A stretch of 64,000 bases of DNA from Gemmatimonadota bacterium (lineage in GTDB: Bacteria; Gemmatimonadota; Gemmatimonadetes; Palauibacterales; Palauibacteraceae). How positions within the stretch are numbered: position 1 is the stretch's first letter; each line of letters opens with the position of its first letter. Position numbers and translations under genes: made by a program. Shown here in pieces: positions 1 to 9,644 of the stretch. The stretch spans positions 53,471 to 117,470 of the forward strand of contig JBDHAC010000008.1 in NCBI GenBank assembly GCA_039588275.1, given 5' to 3'. The notes beneath the pieces are model-generated. The model was not told the origin of the DNA. It did not search any database and was given only the letters and a program-made list of their open reading frames with translations.

Positions 1-2
1 GC

Positions 3-1424
3 ATCACGCAGCACATCGGGGCCTATCACGTCGACCTCGACGGCGGCCGGACAATCACGTTCCTCGACACGCCGGGTCACGAGGCCTTCACCGCGATGAG
101 GGCGCGTGGGGCCGAGATCACCGACCTCGTCATTCTCGTCGTAGCCGCGGATGACTCGGTGATGCCGCAGACCATCGAAGCGATCAGCCACGCGCGCAAC
201 GCGGGTGTTCCGATCGTGGTCGCGGTCAACAAGATAGACCTGCCCACGGCCAACATCGACAAGGTGAAGCAGGAGCTGCTGAGCCATGACGTCATCCTGG
301 AGGAGTTCGGAGGCGATGTTCTTTCCGCCGATGTCTCCGCCAAGGTGGGCACGGGCATCGACGACCTGCTCGAGAAGGTCCTGTTGCAGGCCGAGTTGCT
401 CGAGCTCCGTGCGGACCCGACGGTGGCGGCGCGTGGAACGGTGGTGGAGGCCGAGCTCGACCGGGGGATGGGGCCCCTTGCGACGGTCCTGATTCAGAAC
501 GGTACGATCGCGGTTCAAGATGACTTCGTGTGCGGGTTGCACGGCGGGCGGGTACGCGCGCTGCTCAACGAGCGTGGCGCGAACGTCGACAGCGCCGGAC
601 CCGGAATCCCCGTTCGGGTCCTCGGCTTGGAAGGCGTGCCGCAGGCGGGGGACTCGCTGATCGTTCTCGATACCGATCGGGTGCGCGAGATCGCGACCCG
701 ACGTCAGCAACTCGAGCGCGAGAAGGAGATGCGGCGACGGGCAACCGGAACGCGGCTCGAAGACATCTTCGAGCGCGTCCAGGCCGGTGAGCAGGCTCGT
801 CTGAACATCGTGATCAAAGGCGACACAGACGGATCGGTGCAGGCCCTCACTGACAGCCTGCAGCGAATCAGCACCGACGAGGTCGCCGTGGAGGTGATCC
901 ACCGGGGCGTGGGCGGTATCAACGAGTCGGACGTCATCTTCGCATCGACCAGCCAGGCGCTGATCATCGGCTTCCACGTGCGCCCCGACGCGAAGGCCCA
1001 AACCATAGCCGATCGCGAGAGCGTCGAGATTCGCTTCTACAACGTGATCTACGAAGCTGTCGAGGACATCCGTTTGGCGCTGGAAGGTCTGCTGACCCCC
1101 GAGCAGCGCGAGGTAACGATCGGCATCGCCGAGGTGCGCCAGCTCTTCCGCGTCCCCAAGGTCGGGACGATTGCGGGTTGTTACGTCAACACGGGGATGA
1201 TCCGACGTAACCTCCCGATCAGGCTGTTACGGAACCAGGTCCAGATCTACGAAGGCCGGATCGACAGCCTGAAGCGATTCAAGGATGACGTGAGGGAGGT
1301 CCGCGACGGATTCGAGTGCGGCATCTCGATCGAGGGTTACAACGACGTCAAGGTCGACGACGTGATCGAGTGCTATGAGGTCCAGGAGGTCGCCCGGACG
1401 CTCGCGGAGCACCCGGGAGGCTAA
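3..1424 (+). CDS. infB: Translation initiation factor IF-2, 5'-truncated by the window edge
   Basis: Frame open from nt 3: ITQHIGAY, FLDTPGHEAF, NKID GTPase motifs and the C-terminal SLKRFKDDVREV; followed by DUF503-rbfA-truB. Confidence 0.98.
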   Translation: MTQHIGAYHVDLDGGRTITFLDTPGHEAFTAMRARGAEITDLVILVVAADDSVMPQTIEAISHARNAGVPIVVAVNKIDLPTANIDKVKQELLSHDVILEEFGGDVLSADVSAKVGTGIDDLLEKVLLQAELLELRADPTVAARGTVVEAELDRGMGPLATVLIQNGTIAVQDDFVCGLHGGRVRALLNERGANVDSAGPGIPVRVLGLEGVPQAGDSLIVLDTDRVREIATRRQQLEREKEMRRRATGTRLEDIFERVQAGEQARLNIVIKGDTDGSVQALTDSLQRISTDEVAVEVIHRGVGGINESDVIFASTSQALIIGFHVRPDAKAQTIADRESVEIRFYNVIYEAVEDIRLALEGLLTPEQREVTIGIAEVRQLFRVPKVGTIAGCYVNTGMIRRNLPIRLLRNQVQIYEGRIDSLKRFKDDVREVRDGFECGISIEGYNDVKVDDVIECYEVQEVARTLAEHPGG

Positions 1425-1455
1425 CCACACTTCTGGAGCTGGAGCCGGGCTCGCG

Positions 1456-1740
1456 GTGGCGGTGGTTGGCGTCTGTCGGTGGGTCCTGCACCTCCCGGGC
1501 TGTCAGTCCCTCAAGATGAAGCGATCGATCGTCCGCAGCCTGCGAGACCGGTTGCAGTCCAAATACCGCGTCTCGGTGGCGGAGACTGACCTCCAGGACC
1601 GCTGGCAGATGGCCGAGCTCACGGCCGCCGTGGTAGCCTCGGACCGGCGGAGAGCCGAGGCCGTGCTCACCCGCCTGGATCGTTTCGTGCGCTCCGATCC
1701 CCGCGCCGAGCCCGTCGAAACCGAGACGGCGTACCTCTAA
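1456..1740 (+). CDS. DUF503 (YlxP-like) protein
   Basis: LHLPGCQSLKMKRSIV...VSVAETDLQDRWQ signature; usual position between infB and rbfA; GTG at 1456 chosen from GGAG upstream (1462 also possible). Confidence 0.88.
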   Translation: MAVVGVCRWVLHLPGCQSLKMKRSIVRSLRDRLQSKYRVSVAETDLQDRWQMAELTAAVVASDRRRAEAVLTRLDRFVRSDPRAEPVETETAYL

Positions 1741-1764
1741 CAGGGTTTTAGCAGGCCGCTGACC

Positions 1765-2133
1765 GTGTCCCGGCATCATCGCTCCGACCGCCTCAACGAG
1801 ATGTTTCGACGAGAGTTGTCACATCTGGTTCACAGACGGCTCAAGGACCCGCGCGTCCGGAACGTCACGGTGACCGAGGTCCGCACCTCACCCGATCTCT
1901 CTCACGCCACCGTGTTCCTGCGGAGCGATGCCCCCGTTGCCGTCGAAGAGGCGATCGAGGGGCTCGAGAGCGCGGCGGGCTACCTTCGGAGGGAACTGGG
2001 TCGGATCATGCACATCCGCAAGATACCCGAGTTCCGCTTCATCGCCGACCACGGTCTGGAGCGGGCGGGACGCATCGAGGAGCTCCTGAGGCGTTCGCGC
2101 GATGAGACGGGGGAGCCGCCCGGTGATGAGTGA
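1765..2133 (+). CDS. rbfA: Ribosome-binding factor A
   Basis: KDPR, VTVTEVRTSPDLSHA and IPEFRFIAD motifs; synteny. Confidence 0.96.
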   Translation: MSRHHRSDRLNEMFRRELSHLVHRRLKDPRVRNVTVTEVRTSPDLSHATVFLRSDAPVAVEEAIEGLESAAGYLRRELGRIMHIRKIPEFRFIADHGLERAGRIEELLRRSRDETGEPPGDE

Positions 2134-3031
2134 GGGTGGGGCGCTCGTACTCGTGGACAAGCCTGCCGACCTCACCTCGCACGATGTGGTCCAGCATCTC
2201 AGACGCACGCTGGCGATCCGGCGCGTCGGACACACGGGTACGTTGGACCCGTTCGCTACCGGACTCCTTCTCCTGTGCGTCGGCCCGGTCACCCGTCTAG
2301 CCGAGTACTTCCACATCCTCGACAAGACATACCATGCCACCGTCAGACTGGGGACCGAGACGAGCACCGACGATGGGACGGGTGCGGCCCGCGAGCATTC
2401 GGATCGGTGGAGAGACGTGACCCGAGAAGAAGTGGCCGCCGCATTGACCAGCCGGGTTGGCGAGGGGGTCCAGGTGCCCCCGGCGTTCTCGGCGAAGCAC
2501 GTGAACGGGGCGCGTGCATACGAGCACGCTCGTGCCGGCAGTGTCCCGGACCTCGATCCCATGTCCATCCGGGTGCACTCGTTGACGCTCGAGCACTTCG
2601 ACCCGCCGAGCGTCGGGTTCGAAACACGGGTGTCCACCGGAACCTACATCCGGAGTCTGGCTCGAGATCTCGGCCGTGATTTGGGATGCGGTGCGCATCT
2701 CACGCACCTGAGGCGCACGCGAATCGGCCCTTTCCGGGTCGAAGAAGCGGCCATGCTCGAATCCCTCGAGCAGGAGACCGCGCCGAGGACCGCCTTCAGG
2801 ACACCCTACGAGGCGCTGCGGTGGCTCCCGGTGCGAGAGCTCGCTGCCGAGGAGGAGATCGCGGTCCGTCACGGCCGGCGGATACGGACGGGGAGCGTGG
2901 GGCCCTGCGAGCTGAAGGCGCTCGCCGGAACGCTGCCGATCGCCCTCGTCCGCGACGGCAGATTGCTGGCCGTCGCCGAGCGACTGGAAGGAGATCTCCA
3001 GCCACGCAAGGTGCTCGTGACCGGTGGATGA
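2126..3031 (+). CDS. truB: tRNA pseudouridine(55) synthase
   Basis: DKP..TSHDVV, GHTGTLDPFATG, GTYIRSLARDLG; ATG at 2126 overlaps the rbfA end. Confidence 0.97.
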   Translation: MSEGGALVLVDKPADLTSHDVVQHLRRTLAIRRVGHTGTLDPFATGLLLLCVGPVTRLAEYFHILDKTYHATVRLGTETSTDDGTGAAREHSDRWRDVTREEVAAALTSRVGEGVQVPPAFSAKHVNGARAYEHARAGSVPDLDPMSIRVHSLTLEHFDPPSVGFETRVSTGTYIRSLARDLGRDLGCGAHLTHLRRTRIGPFRVEEAAMLESLEQETAPRTAFRTPYEALRWLPVRELAAEEEIAVRHGRRIRTGSVGPCELKALAGTLPIALVRDGRLLAVAERLEGDLQPRKVLVTGG

Positions 3032-4031
3032 GATATCCTCGCGGCCCGTACACGACCGCAAGGTCGCTGGCCGCCCGATCGACGCGTTCGGTGGGAGTGC
3101 GCTTCCGGCTACCGTCTCGGGCACCGTCGTCACGGTCGGCACCTTCGACGGCGTCCACCTCGGGCACCGTGCCATTCTTCAGGAGATTGAACGGCGCGCC
3201 GAGGCGCGAGGCCTGCACAGCCTGCTGCTCACCTTCGACAGGCACCCGCTCACCGTCGTGCGGCCGGAGCATGCACCGCCGCTATTGACGACACCAAACG
3301 AGAAGAAGCAGATCCTCGCGCAGTTCGGGATCGATTACGTGGCGTTCGTCGCGTTTACTCGTTCGCTGTCGCGCTACACGCCCGAGGAATTCGTACGAGC
3401 CGTGTTGGTCGAGCGCCTGCGTGCCTCGGAGCTGGTGATCGGTCACGACCATGGATTCGGTCGCGGCCGCTCCGGTGATGAGGCCACGCTTCGCGCGCTG
3501 GGCGGGCGTTACGGATTCGACGTGGATGTGGTCGACGGAGTCGTGGTGAACGGAGCACCCGTCTCGTCCACTCGAATCCGACGCCTCCTGTCGGAGGGCC
3601 ACGTGGATGCGGCGGCCAGGGCGCTTGGCCGGCCGTACTCCGTGACGGGCTCCGTCGTGCACGGGATGGGGCGGGGAAGGACGCTCGGGTTCCCCACGGC
3701 CAACATCGCTCCCCCGACCGCCGACAAGCTGCTGCCCGCCGAGGGGATCTACGCTGTCCGAGCGAACCTGCGGACGGAGATACGCGATGGCCTGTTGCAC
3801 CTCGGACCTCGCCCTACCTTCGCCGGCTCGCCACCCACGATCGAGCTCTTCCTGCTGGATTTCGATCGTGCCATCTACGGCGAGATCGTGACCGTCGAGT
3901 TCCTCCAACTCCTGCGGGCCATCCGCCCATTCGACTCCGCCGCGGCGCTCATCGAGCAGATGCGCCGTGACGAGGAGGACGCCATCCGTTTCTTCCGGGA
4001 TCTCGGCGACGCGAACGAGCCCGGGCGTTGA
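3024..4031 (+). CDS. ribF: Bifunctional riboflavin kinase / FAD synthetase
   Basis: GTFDGVHLGH, VSSTRIR, GRTLGFPTAN; exact start uncertain. Confidence 0.96.
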   Translation: MDEISSRPVHDRKVAGRPIDAFGGSALPATVSGTVVTVGTFDGVHLGHRAILQEIERRAEARGLHSLLLTFDRHPLTVVRPEHAPPLLTTPNEKKQILAQFGIDYVAFVAFTRSLSRYTPEEFVRAVLVERLRASELVIGHDHGFGRGRSGDEATLRALGGRYGFDVDVVDGVVVNGAPVSSTRIRRLLSEGHVDAAARALGRPYSVTGSVVHGMGRGRTLGFPTANIAPPTADKLLPAEGIYAVRANLRTEIRDGLLHLGPRPTFAGSPPTIELFLLDFDRAIYGEIVTVEFLQLLRAIRPFDSAAALIEQMRRDEEDAIRFFRDLGDANEPGR

Positions 4032-4090
4032 GGCCACGCGAGCCGCGGCGTCCCAGGCGGAGGGGCCCGGCGCGCGGCCTCCGTCGGAAC

Positions 4091-4119
4091 TTTACAGTAT
4101 CGGACGATCCTCCTATACT
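4091..4119 (+). promoter_or_regulatory. Sigma70-type promoter for rpsO-pnp
   Basis: TTTACA (4091-4096), 17 nt, TATACT (4114-4119), in an AT-rich patch about 80 nt upstream of rpsO. Confidence 0.75.
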
Positions 4120-4200
4120 AATTGACTTGAATCGGAACGGTTTAGACATGATGCGCCGCGTCGTGAACGAACTGGCGCGCGGCACCCCAGGGAATGGGAA

Positions 4201-4464
4201 GTGGAAAAGACCAAGAAGCGAGAGATCATTGACAAGTTCGGGCGTGGTGAGAACGACCACGGGTCGGCATCTGTACAGGTCGCCCTCCTGACCGCACGGA
4301 TCGAGGAGTTGACCGACCACTTTCGCTCGCACCCGAAGGACCACCACAGCCGTCGTGGGCTGCTCAAGATGGTTGGGCGCCGGCGACGCCTGCTGAACTA
4401 CCTTCGCCGGACCGATCTGGACCGGTACCGGCGGGTGATCGAGGAACTCGGCCTTCGCCGGTGA
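4201..4464 (+). CDS. rpsO: 30S ribosomal protein S15
   Basis: [33 protein letters not shown]. Confidence 0.98.
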   Translation: MEKTKKREIIDKFGRGENDHGSASVQVALLTARIEELTDHFRSHPKDHHSRRGLLKMVGRRRRLLNYLRRTDLDRYRRVIEELGLRR

Positions 4465-4767
4465 TGCGGGCGAATGCCCGTGTCCTCACGCCTTGCAGCC
4501 ACCCAGCCCTTCACCACGGTCCGTAACTCGGGCCGGTCAACTTTGCGGCGTAATCCATCTGCCCGATGCACCGCCGCCACCGCCAGCCATTCGGGTGGCG
4601 GTGCGCACCGCCTCCAAACCGGCGCGCCGTGCGTGGCGTCCCGCGGCGGAGCGGTTCGCGACGTCAACGTCGCGAGCGGGCGACCAGGCAGTTGAAAGCT
4701 CACGGCCGACCCGGCACGTAGCCGGACCCGAAAGAAGTCGGCCGAACAGGAAGGAATCGAAGACAAG
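4465..4767 (+). other. Structured rpsO-pnp spacer, putative pnp leader RNA
   Basis: Stems at 4517-4535, 4568-4604, 4656-4675 and 4703-4744 in a 303-nt spacer with no convincing CDS. Confidence 0.5.
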
Positions 4768-6864
4768 ATGAGTCACAGAATCGAACGCGAGTTCCACGGT
4801 CGGAAGCTAATCATCGAGACGGGGCGTATGGCGCGCCAGGCCGATGGAGCCGTGATGGTCCAATACGGCGAGACGGCCGTGCTGGTCACGGCGGTCGCCC
4901 AGCGGCACCCCACACACCTCCCGTTCTTCCCCCTTACGATCGAGTACAGGGAGAAGAGCTATGCGGCCGGGAAGTTTCCGGGGGGCTTCATCAAGCGCGA
5001 GGGCCGACCGGGCGACAAAGAGATCGTATCGGCCCGTCAGATCGACCGCCCCCTGCGCGACCTCTTCCCGGATGACTACCAGAACGAGACGCAGGTCGCG
5101 TGCTTCGTCATTTCGGCCGACCAGGAAAACGACGCGGATGTGATCGGCATGGTGGGCGCCTCCGCGGCGCTGAGCCTCTCACCGATCCCGTGGGACGGTC
5201 CTATCGGCGGCGTGCGTGTCGGTCGGATCGAGGGGGAATGGCTGATCAATCCCACCTTCTCCCAGCTGGACATGTGCGACCTCGAGATCGTGGTCGCGGG
5301 TACGACTGATTCGATCGTGATGGTCGAGGGCGCCTGCCTCGAGATCTCCGAAGACGAGTTCCTGGAGGCGCTCGAGATCGCGCACACCGCGATTCGAGAG
5401 CTCATCGACATGCAGCACGAGCTCGCCCAAGCGACCGGTGGTGCGCCACCCAACTTCGAGTACACCAGCCAGCAGCCGGACCCGGAGTTGAAGGAGCGTG
5501 TGGAGAGCGCGGCGACGGACAGGGTCGCCGAGGCGCTCACGCTGCCGCTCAAAGAGGAGCGAAATCAGGCGCTAGCGACCCTGCGGGACGAGTTGGCGGC
5601 CGAGTTCGAGGCCGAGTTCCCGGAGAGCGCGAACGAGGTCAAGGATGTCGTGCGAGCGCTCGAGAAGCGCGTCATGCGTCAGCGGATTCTGGATGACGGG
5701 GAGCGGTTGGACGGACGTGGGCTGACGGAGGTTCGCTCGATCTCGTGCGATGTCGGGATTCTTCCACGCACGCATGGATCGGCCCTGTTCACCCGCGGGC
5801 AGACACAAGCGTTGGCCGTCACGACGCTCGGGACCGTGAGGGACGAGCAGCGAATCGACTCGGTCGATGTCCGCGAGGAGACCTCGAAGTCGTTCATGCT
5901 TCATTACAACTTTCCGCCCTTCTCGGTGGGCGAGGTGCGCATGTTCCGGGGTGCGAGTCGTCGCGAGATCGGGCATGGGATGCTCGCGGAGCGGGCGCTT
6001 CAATCCCTACTGCCGCCGTACGAGGAGTTTCCGTATACCGTGCGGATCGTCTCCGACATCCTCGAGTCAAACGGTTCAAGCTCGATGGCGACCGTTTGCG
6101 GGGGTTCGCTGTCACTGATGGACGCGGGCGTGCCGTTGCGGGGCCCGTGCGCGGGCATCGCGATGGGTCTCATCCAGGAGGGCGATCGGACGGCCGTGCT
6201 GACCGATATCCTCGGCGTCGAGGATGCACTCGGCGACATGGACTTCAAGATCGCCGGTACGGAGACGGGGATTACCGCGGTCCAGATGGACAACAAGGTC
6301 GGCGGTCTCTCGGTGGAGACCATGCGTCAGGCTCTCGAACAGGCTCGCGTCGCGCGCCTCCACATCCTCGAGATCATGAATCAGACCCTGGGTGACCCCC
6401 GCAGCGAAATGTCGCAGTACGCGCCGCGGATCATCACGGTCCAGATCAACCCCGAGAAGATCGGTGAGGTGATCGGACCGAAGGGGAAGACGATCAGGGC
6501 GCTTCAGGACGAGACCGGGGCCGAGATCAACATCGACGACTCGGGGGTGGTCACGATCTCCTCGGTTTCGGGTGAGGGAGGAGAGCGGGCCCGCGAGATG
6601 ATCGAAGCTATCGCGCAGGACCCGGAGGTTGGCCGTGTGTACCATGGCGTCGTGAAGAACACCACCACGTTCGGGGCCTTCGTGGAGATCATCCCGGGAG
6701 TCGAGGGGCTATGTCATATCTCCGAGCTGGAGGAGGGACGCACGGAGCAGACCGAAGATGTGGTCAAGGCCGGCGACGAGGTCATGGTCAAGCTCCTGTC
6801 CATCGACGACAGAGGGCGCCTCAAGCTCTCTCGCAGGGCCGCCATGCAACCACAGGATTCGTGA
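4768..6864 (+). CDS. pnp: Polyribonucleotide nucleotidyltransferase (PNPase)
   Basis: FFPLTIEY, RREIGHG, ESNGSSSMA, GDMDFK; KH and S1 domains at the C-terminus. Confidence 0.98.
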   Translation: MSHRIEREFHGRKLIIETGRMARQADGAVMVQYGETAVLVTAVAQRHPTHLPFFPLTIEYREKSYAAGKFPGGFIKREGRPGDKEIVSARQIDRPLRDLFPDDYQNETQVACFVISADQENDADVIGMVGASAALSLSPIPWDGPIGGVRVGRIEGEWLINPTFSQLDMCDLEIVVAGTTDSIVMVEGACLEISEDEFLEALEIAHTAIRELIDMQHELAQATGGAPPNFEYTSQQPDPELKERVESAATDRVAEALTLPLKEERNQALATLRDELAAEFEAEFPESANEVKDVVRALEKRVMRQRILDDGERLDGRGLTEVRSISCDVGILPRTHGSALFTRGQTQALAVTTLGTVRDEQRIDSVDVREETSKSFMLHYNFPPFSVGEVRMFRGASRREIGHGMLAERALQSLLPPYEEFPYTVRIVSDILESNGSSSMATVCGGSLSLMDAGVPLRGPCAGIAMGLIQEGDRTAVLTDILGVEDALGDMDFKIAGTETGITAVQMDNKVGGLSVETMRQALEQARVARLHILEIMNQTLGDPRSEMSQYAPRIITVQINPEKIGEVIGPKGKTIRALQDETGAEINIDDSGVVTISSVSGEGGERAREMIEAIAQDPEVGRVYHGVVKNTTTFGAFVEIIPGVEGLCHISELEEGRTEQTEDVVKAGDEVMVKLLSIDDRGRLKLSRRAAMQPQDS

Positions 6865-6904
6865 TCTGCCGAGCCGACGCTCAGGTGGGCCCGTGGTCGT
6901 GGAG

Positions 6905-8167
6905 ATGTCCCAGCTGACCACGGCGCCGACCGAGCGGCTCGACACGCACGCTTACCGCACGAAGCTCAAGGGCGGGCCGATCGTCCTGTCCGAGCGGATG
7001 GATTCCGTCCGGTCGGTCGGCGTGGGAATCTGGTTCACACAGGGACGCCTTCACGAATCCGAAGCAGAGCAGGGGATCTCGCACCTGCTCGAACACATGG
7101 TCTTCAAGGGTACCCGGAGGCGCTCCGCGCGTGAGCTAGCGTTCTCGCTCGAGCGCTTGGGGGGATCCATCGATGCCTTCACGACGCACGAGGCCACCGC
7201 GTTCCAGGCTCGCGTTCCCGGTCATGCCCTCGCGCAGGCGGTGGACGTGCTCGCCGATCTTAGCTTTCAACCTCTCCTCCGAGCTCGCGATCTCAAGCCG
7301 GAGCGGCACGTCATCTACGAGGAGCTCGCGGCCATCGAGGATACGCCGGAAGATCTCGTTTTCGAGCTCCACGCATCATTCATGTACGATGGCCATCCGT
7401 ACGGCGCGCCCATCATGGGAACCCGCGAATCGATCGCCTCGATCGGACGCGATGCCCTCGTCGACCTGCACAATTCGGCGTATCGTTCACGTCGGGCGGT
7501 GATTGCGGCGGCGGGGCACGTCGATCACGGCGAGCTCCTGGAGCTCGTCGAACGGTTCGTCCCGACCGATGGCTTGCCACGCGATCCGGCACAGCCCGAG
7601 AGAGCCGTAGCCAGAGCAGGTGCCCGGCGGATACAGCGGCCCAACGCACGTCAGAGTCATCTCGTCGCTGGCGGGCTGACGGTCCCGTACCGCGACCCGC
7701 TACGGTACGCTATCGTACTCGTCAACACGGCTCTGGGCGGCGGAATGAGCTCGCGCCTCTTCCAGTCCATTCGGGAAGAGCGAGGGCTCGCCTACGCCGT
7801 GTACAGCTTTCACGCGTTCCTCGCGCACGGTGGCCATGTCGGCGCGTACGTGGGAACGAGCCCGGACACGAGCGGTGAAGCACGCGAGCTCCTCCTCGAG
7901 ATGCTCCGCGACCTGGCTGAGAACGGCTTGTCGGCCGAGGAGATCGCTGCGACGAAGAGGGAGCTCCAGGGACGATTACTGTTGTCTCTGGAAACCCCCG
8001 GCGCGCGGATGAACCGCCTGGCGGGCTTGGCGCTGTACGGCCAACCTTATCGCCGATTGGACGAGATCTCGGAGCGAATCGAGGCGATCACGGTGGAGCA
8101 GGTGCGGGAGGCCGAGCAGTTCTTCCACCCTGACCACTTGGCCGTCCTCGAGCTGTGCCCCGCATAG
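6905..8167 (+). CDS. M16 (pitrilysin/insulinase) family zinc peptidase
   Basis: HxxEH motif (SHLLEHMVFKGT) and GGGMSSRLFQSIREERGLAY; start at ATG 6905 is a best guess. Confidence 0.93.
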   Translation: MSQLTTAPTERLDTHAYRTKLKGGPIVLSERMDSVRSVGVGIWFTQGRLHESEAEQGISHLLEHMVFKGTRRRSARELAFSLERLGGSIDAFTTHEATAFQARVPGHALAQAVDVLADLSFQPLLRARDLKPERHVIYEELAAIEDTPEDLVFELHASFMYDGHPYGAPIMGTRESIASIGRDALVDLHNSAYRSRRAVIAAAGHVDHGELLELVERFVPTDGLPRDPAQPERAVARAGARRIQRPNARQSHLVAGGLTVPYRDPLRYAIVLVNTALGGGMSSRLFQSIREERGLAYAVYSFHAFLAHGGHVGAYVGTSPDTSGEARELLLEMLRDLAENGLSAEEIAATKRELQGRLLLSLETPGARMNRLAGLALYGQPYRRLDEISERIEAITVEQVREAEQFFHPDHLAVLELCPA

Positions 8168-8187
8168 TTCTTTGAGGAGACCGAGCA

Positions 8188-9300
8188 ATGGTCGTAGGAG
8201 TTCCTAAAGAGATCAAGGCGGACGAAAACCGCGTCGCATTAATCCCCGCCGGAGCCGACGCCCTCGCCCAGCGGGGCCACGAGGTACTCATCGAGTCGGG
8301 TGCCGGGAGCGGCAGCGGTTTCACGGACGAGGCCTACGCGCGGGCGGGTGTGACGCTGATCGACGACCCGAACGAATTGTGGGCGCGCGCGGACATGATC
8401 GTCAAGGTCAAGGAGCCGATCGAATCCGAGTACGGTCGGATGCGAGAGGATCAGGTCGTCTTCACCTACTTCCATTTCGCCGCGGACGAAACGCTCACCC
8501 GCCAGGTGCTTGCCAGCGGAATCGTAGCCATCGCGTACGAGACGGTCGAATTGCCCACCGGCGAGTTGCCTCTGCTAACGCCGATGTCGGAAGTGGCGGG
8601 GCGCATGGCGGTGCAGGAGGGGGCTAAGTATCTGGAGAAGACGGCTGGCGGGTACGGGATTCTCCTCGGCGGCGTTCCAGGTGTCCTGCCGGCCGAAGTC
8701 GTCATCATCGGCGGCGGTGTAGTCGGTACGAACGCCGCGACCATCGCCGCGGGCTTCGGTGCGCACGTGACGATCCTCGACCTCGACTTGGAGCGCCTCC
8801 GATACCTCTCCGAAGTCATGCCGGCCAACGTCGACACGCTCTATTCGAACCGCCACAACATCCTCGAGCAGATCGAGAGGGCGGACGTGCTCATCGGTGC
8901 GGTACTGTTGACGGGTGGTAAAGCGCCCAAGCTGGTCCTGCGCAACGACCTCAAGCGCATGAAGAATGGGTCGGTGATCGTCGACGTCGCCGTGGACCAG
9001 GGAGGGTGCGTCGAGACGGCTCATCCGACTACTCACCACGAGCCGACGTTCGTGGTCGATGGCGTCATCCATTATTGCGTGGCCAACATGCCCGGCGCCG
9101 TTCCCCGGACTTCCACGCTGGCGCTTACGAACGCCACGTTCCCGTACGTGCTGACGCTCGCGGACAAGGGTTGGAAGACCGCCTGCGCGGAAGATGGACC
9201 GCTCACGCTCGGCGTGAACGCCGTCGACGGCCGCTGTACCTACGGGGCGGTCGCGGAGGCGTTCGATCTCGACTACACGCCGCTGGAGGAGGTACTGTAG
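8188..9300 (+). CDS. ald: Alanine dehydrogenase
   Basis: GVPKEIK..ENRVA, PMSEVAGR, VDVAVDQGGC, VANMPGAVPRTST; GAGGAG SD. Confidence 0.97.
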   Translation: MVVGVPKEIKADENRVALIPAGADALAQRGHEVLIESGAGSGSGFTDEAYARAGVTLIDDPNELWARADMIVKVKEPIESEYGRMREDQVVFTYFHFAADETLTRQVLASGIVAIAYETVELPTGELPLLTPMSEVAGRMAVQEGAKYLEKTAGGYGILLGGVPGVLPAEVVIIGGGVVGTNAATIAAGFGAHVTILDLDLERLRYLSEVMPANVDTLYSNRHNILEQIERADVLIGAVLLTGGKAPKLVLRNDLKRMKNGSVIVDVAVDQGGCVETAHPTTHHEPTFVVDGVIHYCVANMPGAVPRTSTLALTNATFPYVLTLADKGWKTACAEDGPLTLGVNAVDGRCTYGAVAEAFDLDYTPLEEVL

Positions 9301-9371
9301 GCGGGAGGCCAGGTCGCCGGCGAGCCAGCTTCCCCGGCCGTCACGCCGCTCGTCGGATCCTTCCTTTCGCT

Positions 9372-9392
9372 ATGTGAATGTTGCATTTACAT
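9372..9392. promoter_or_regulatory. AT-rich near-palindrome, candidate operator upstream of the mre operon
   Basis: ATGTGAATG-TTG-CATTTACAT (9-3-9, one mismatch) in a GC-rich background. Confidence 0.4.
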
Positions 9393-9587
9393 TGGGCGTT
9401 CCGCACGATCGGACGGTCCTCCGGGCCGGCATCGCGGGACGGAACGGCCTCCCGGGGCCCGTGTGGAGCCGTCTCGGGTGCGCCGCGATGCGCCGGCATC
9501 GCGGGCTCGCGCCGTGACTATCAGGGGGACACCCCCGAAGTGCACGGGTCTTGCGAGGTGGAGGTCGGGAAGGAGGAGGAGGAGGCG

Positions 9588-9644
9588 ATGGACACGAACC
9601 GGCGACGATCCGGGCGGCGCCCTGCCGCCATGCCCATTCTCTGA
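9588..9644 (+). CDS. Putative 18-aa leader peptide coupled to mreB
   Basis: MDTNRRRSGRRPAAMPIL preceded by an AGGAGGAGGAGGAGG run; its TGA overlaps the mreB ATG (TGATG). Confidence 0.45.
   Translation: MDTNRRRSGRRPAAMPIL

Noticed and set aside
9571..9585. AGG repeat as a phase-variable simple sequence repeat
   Set aside because: Only five trinucleotide units, and better explained as an extended SD
9378..9644. 88-aa ORF upstream of mreB as a full protein
   Set aside because: No SD at its start and low-information sequence; only the last 18 codons have strong initiation signals
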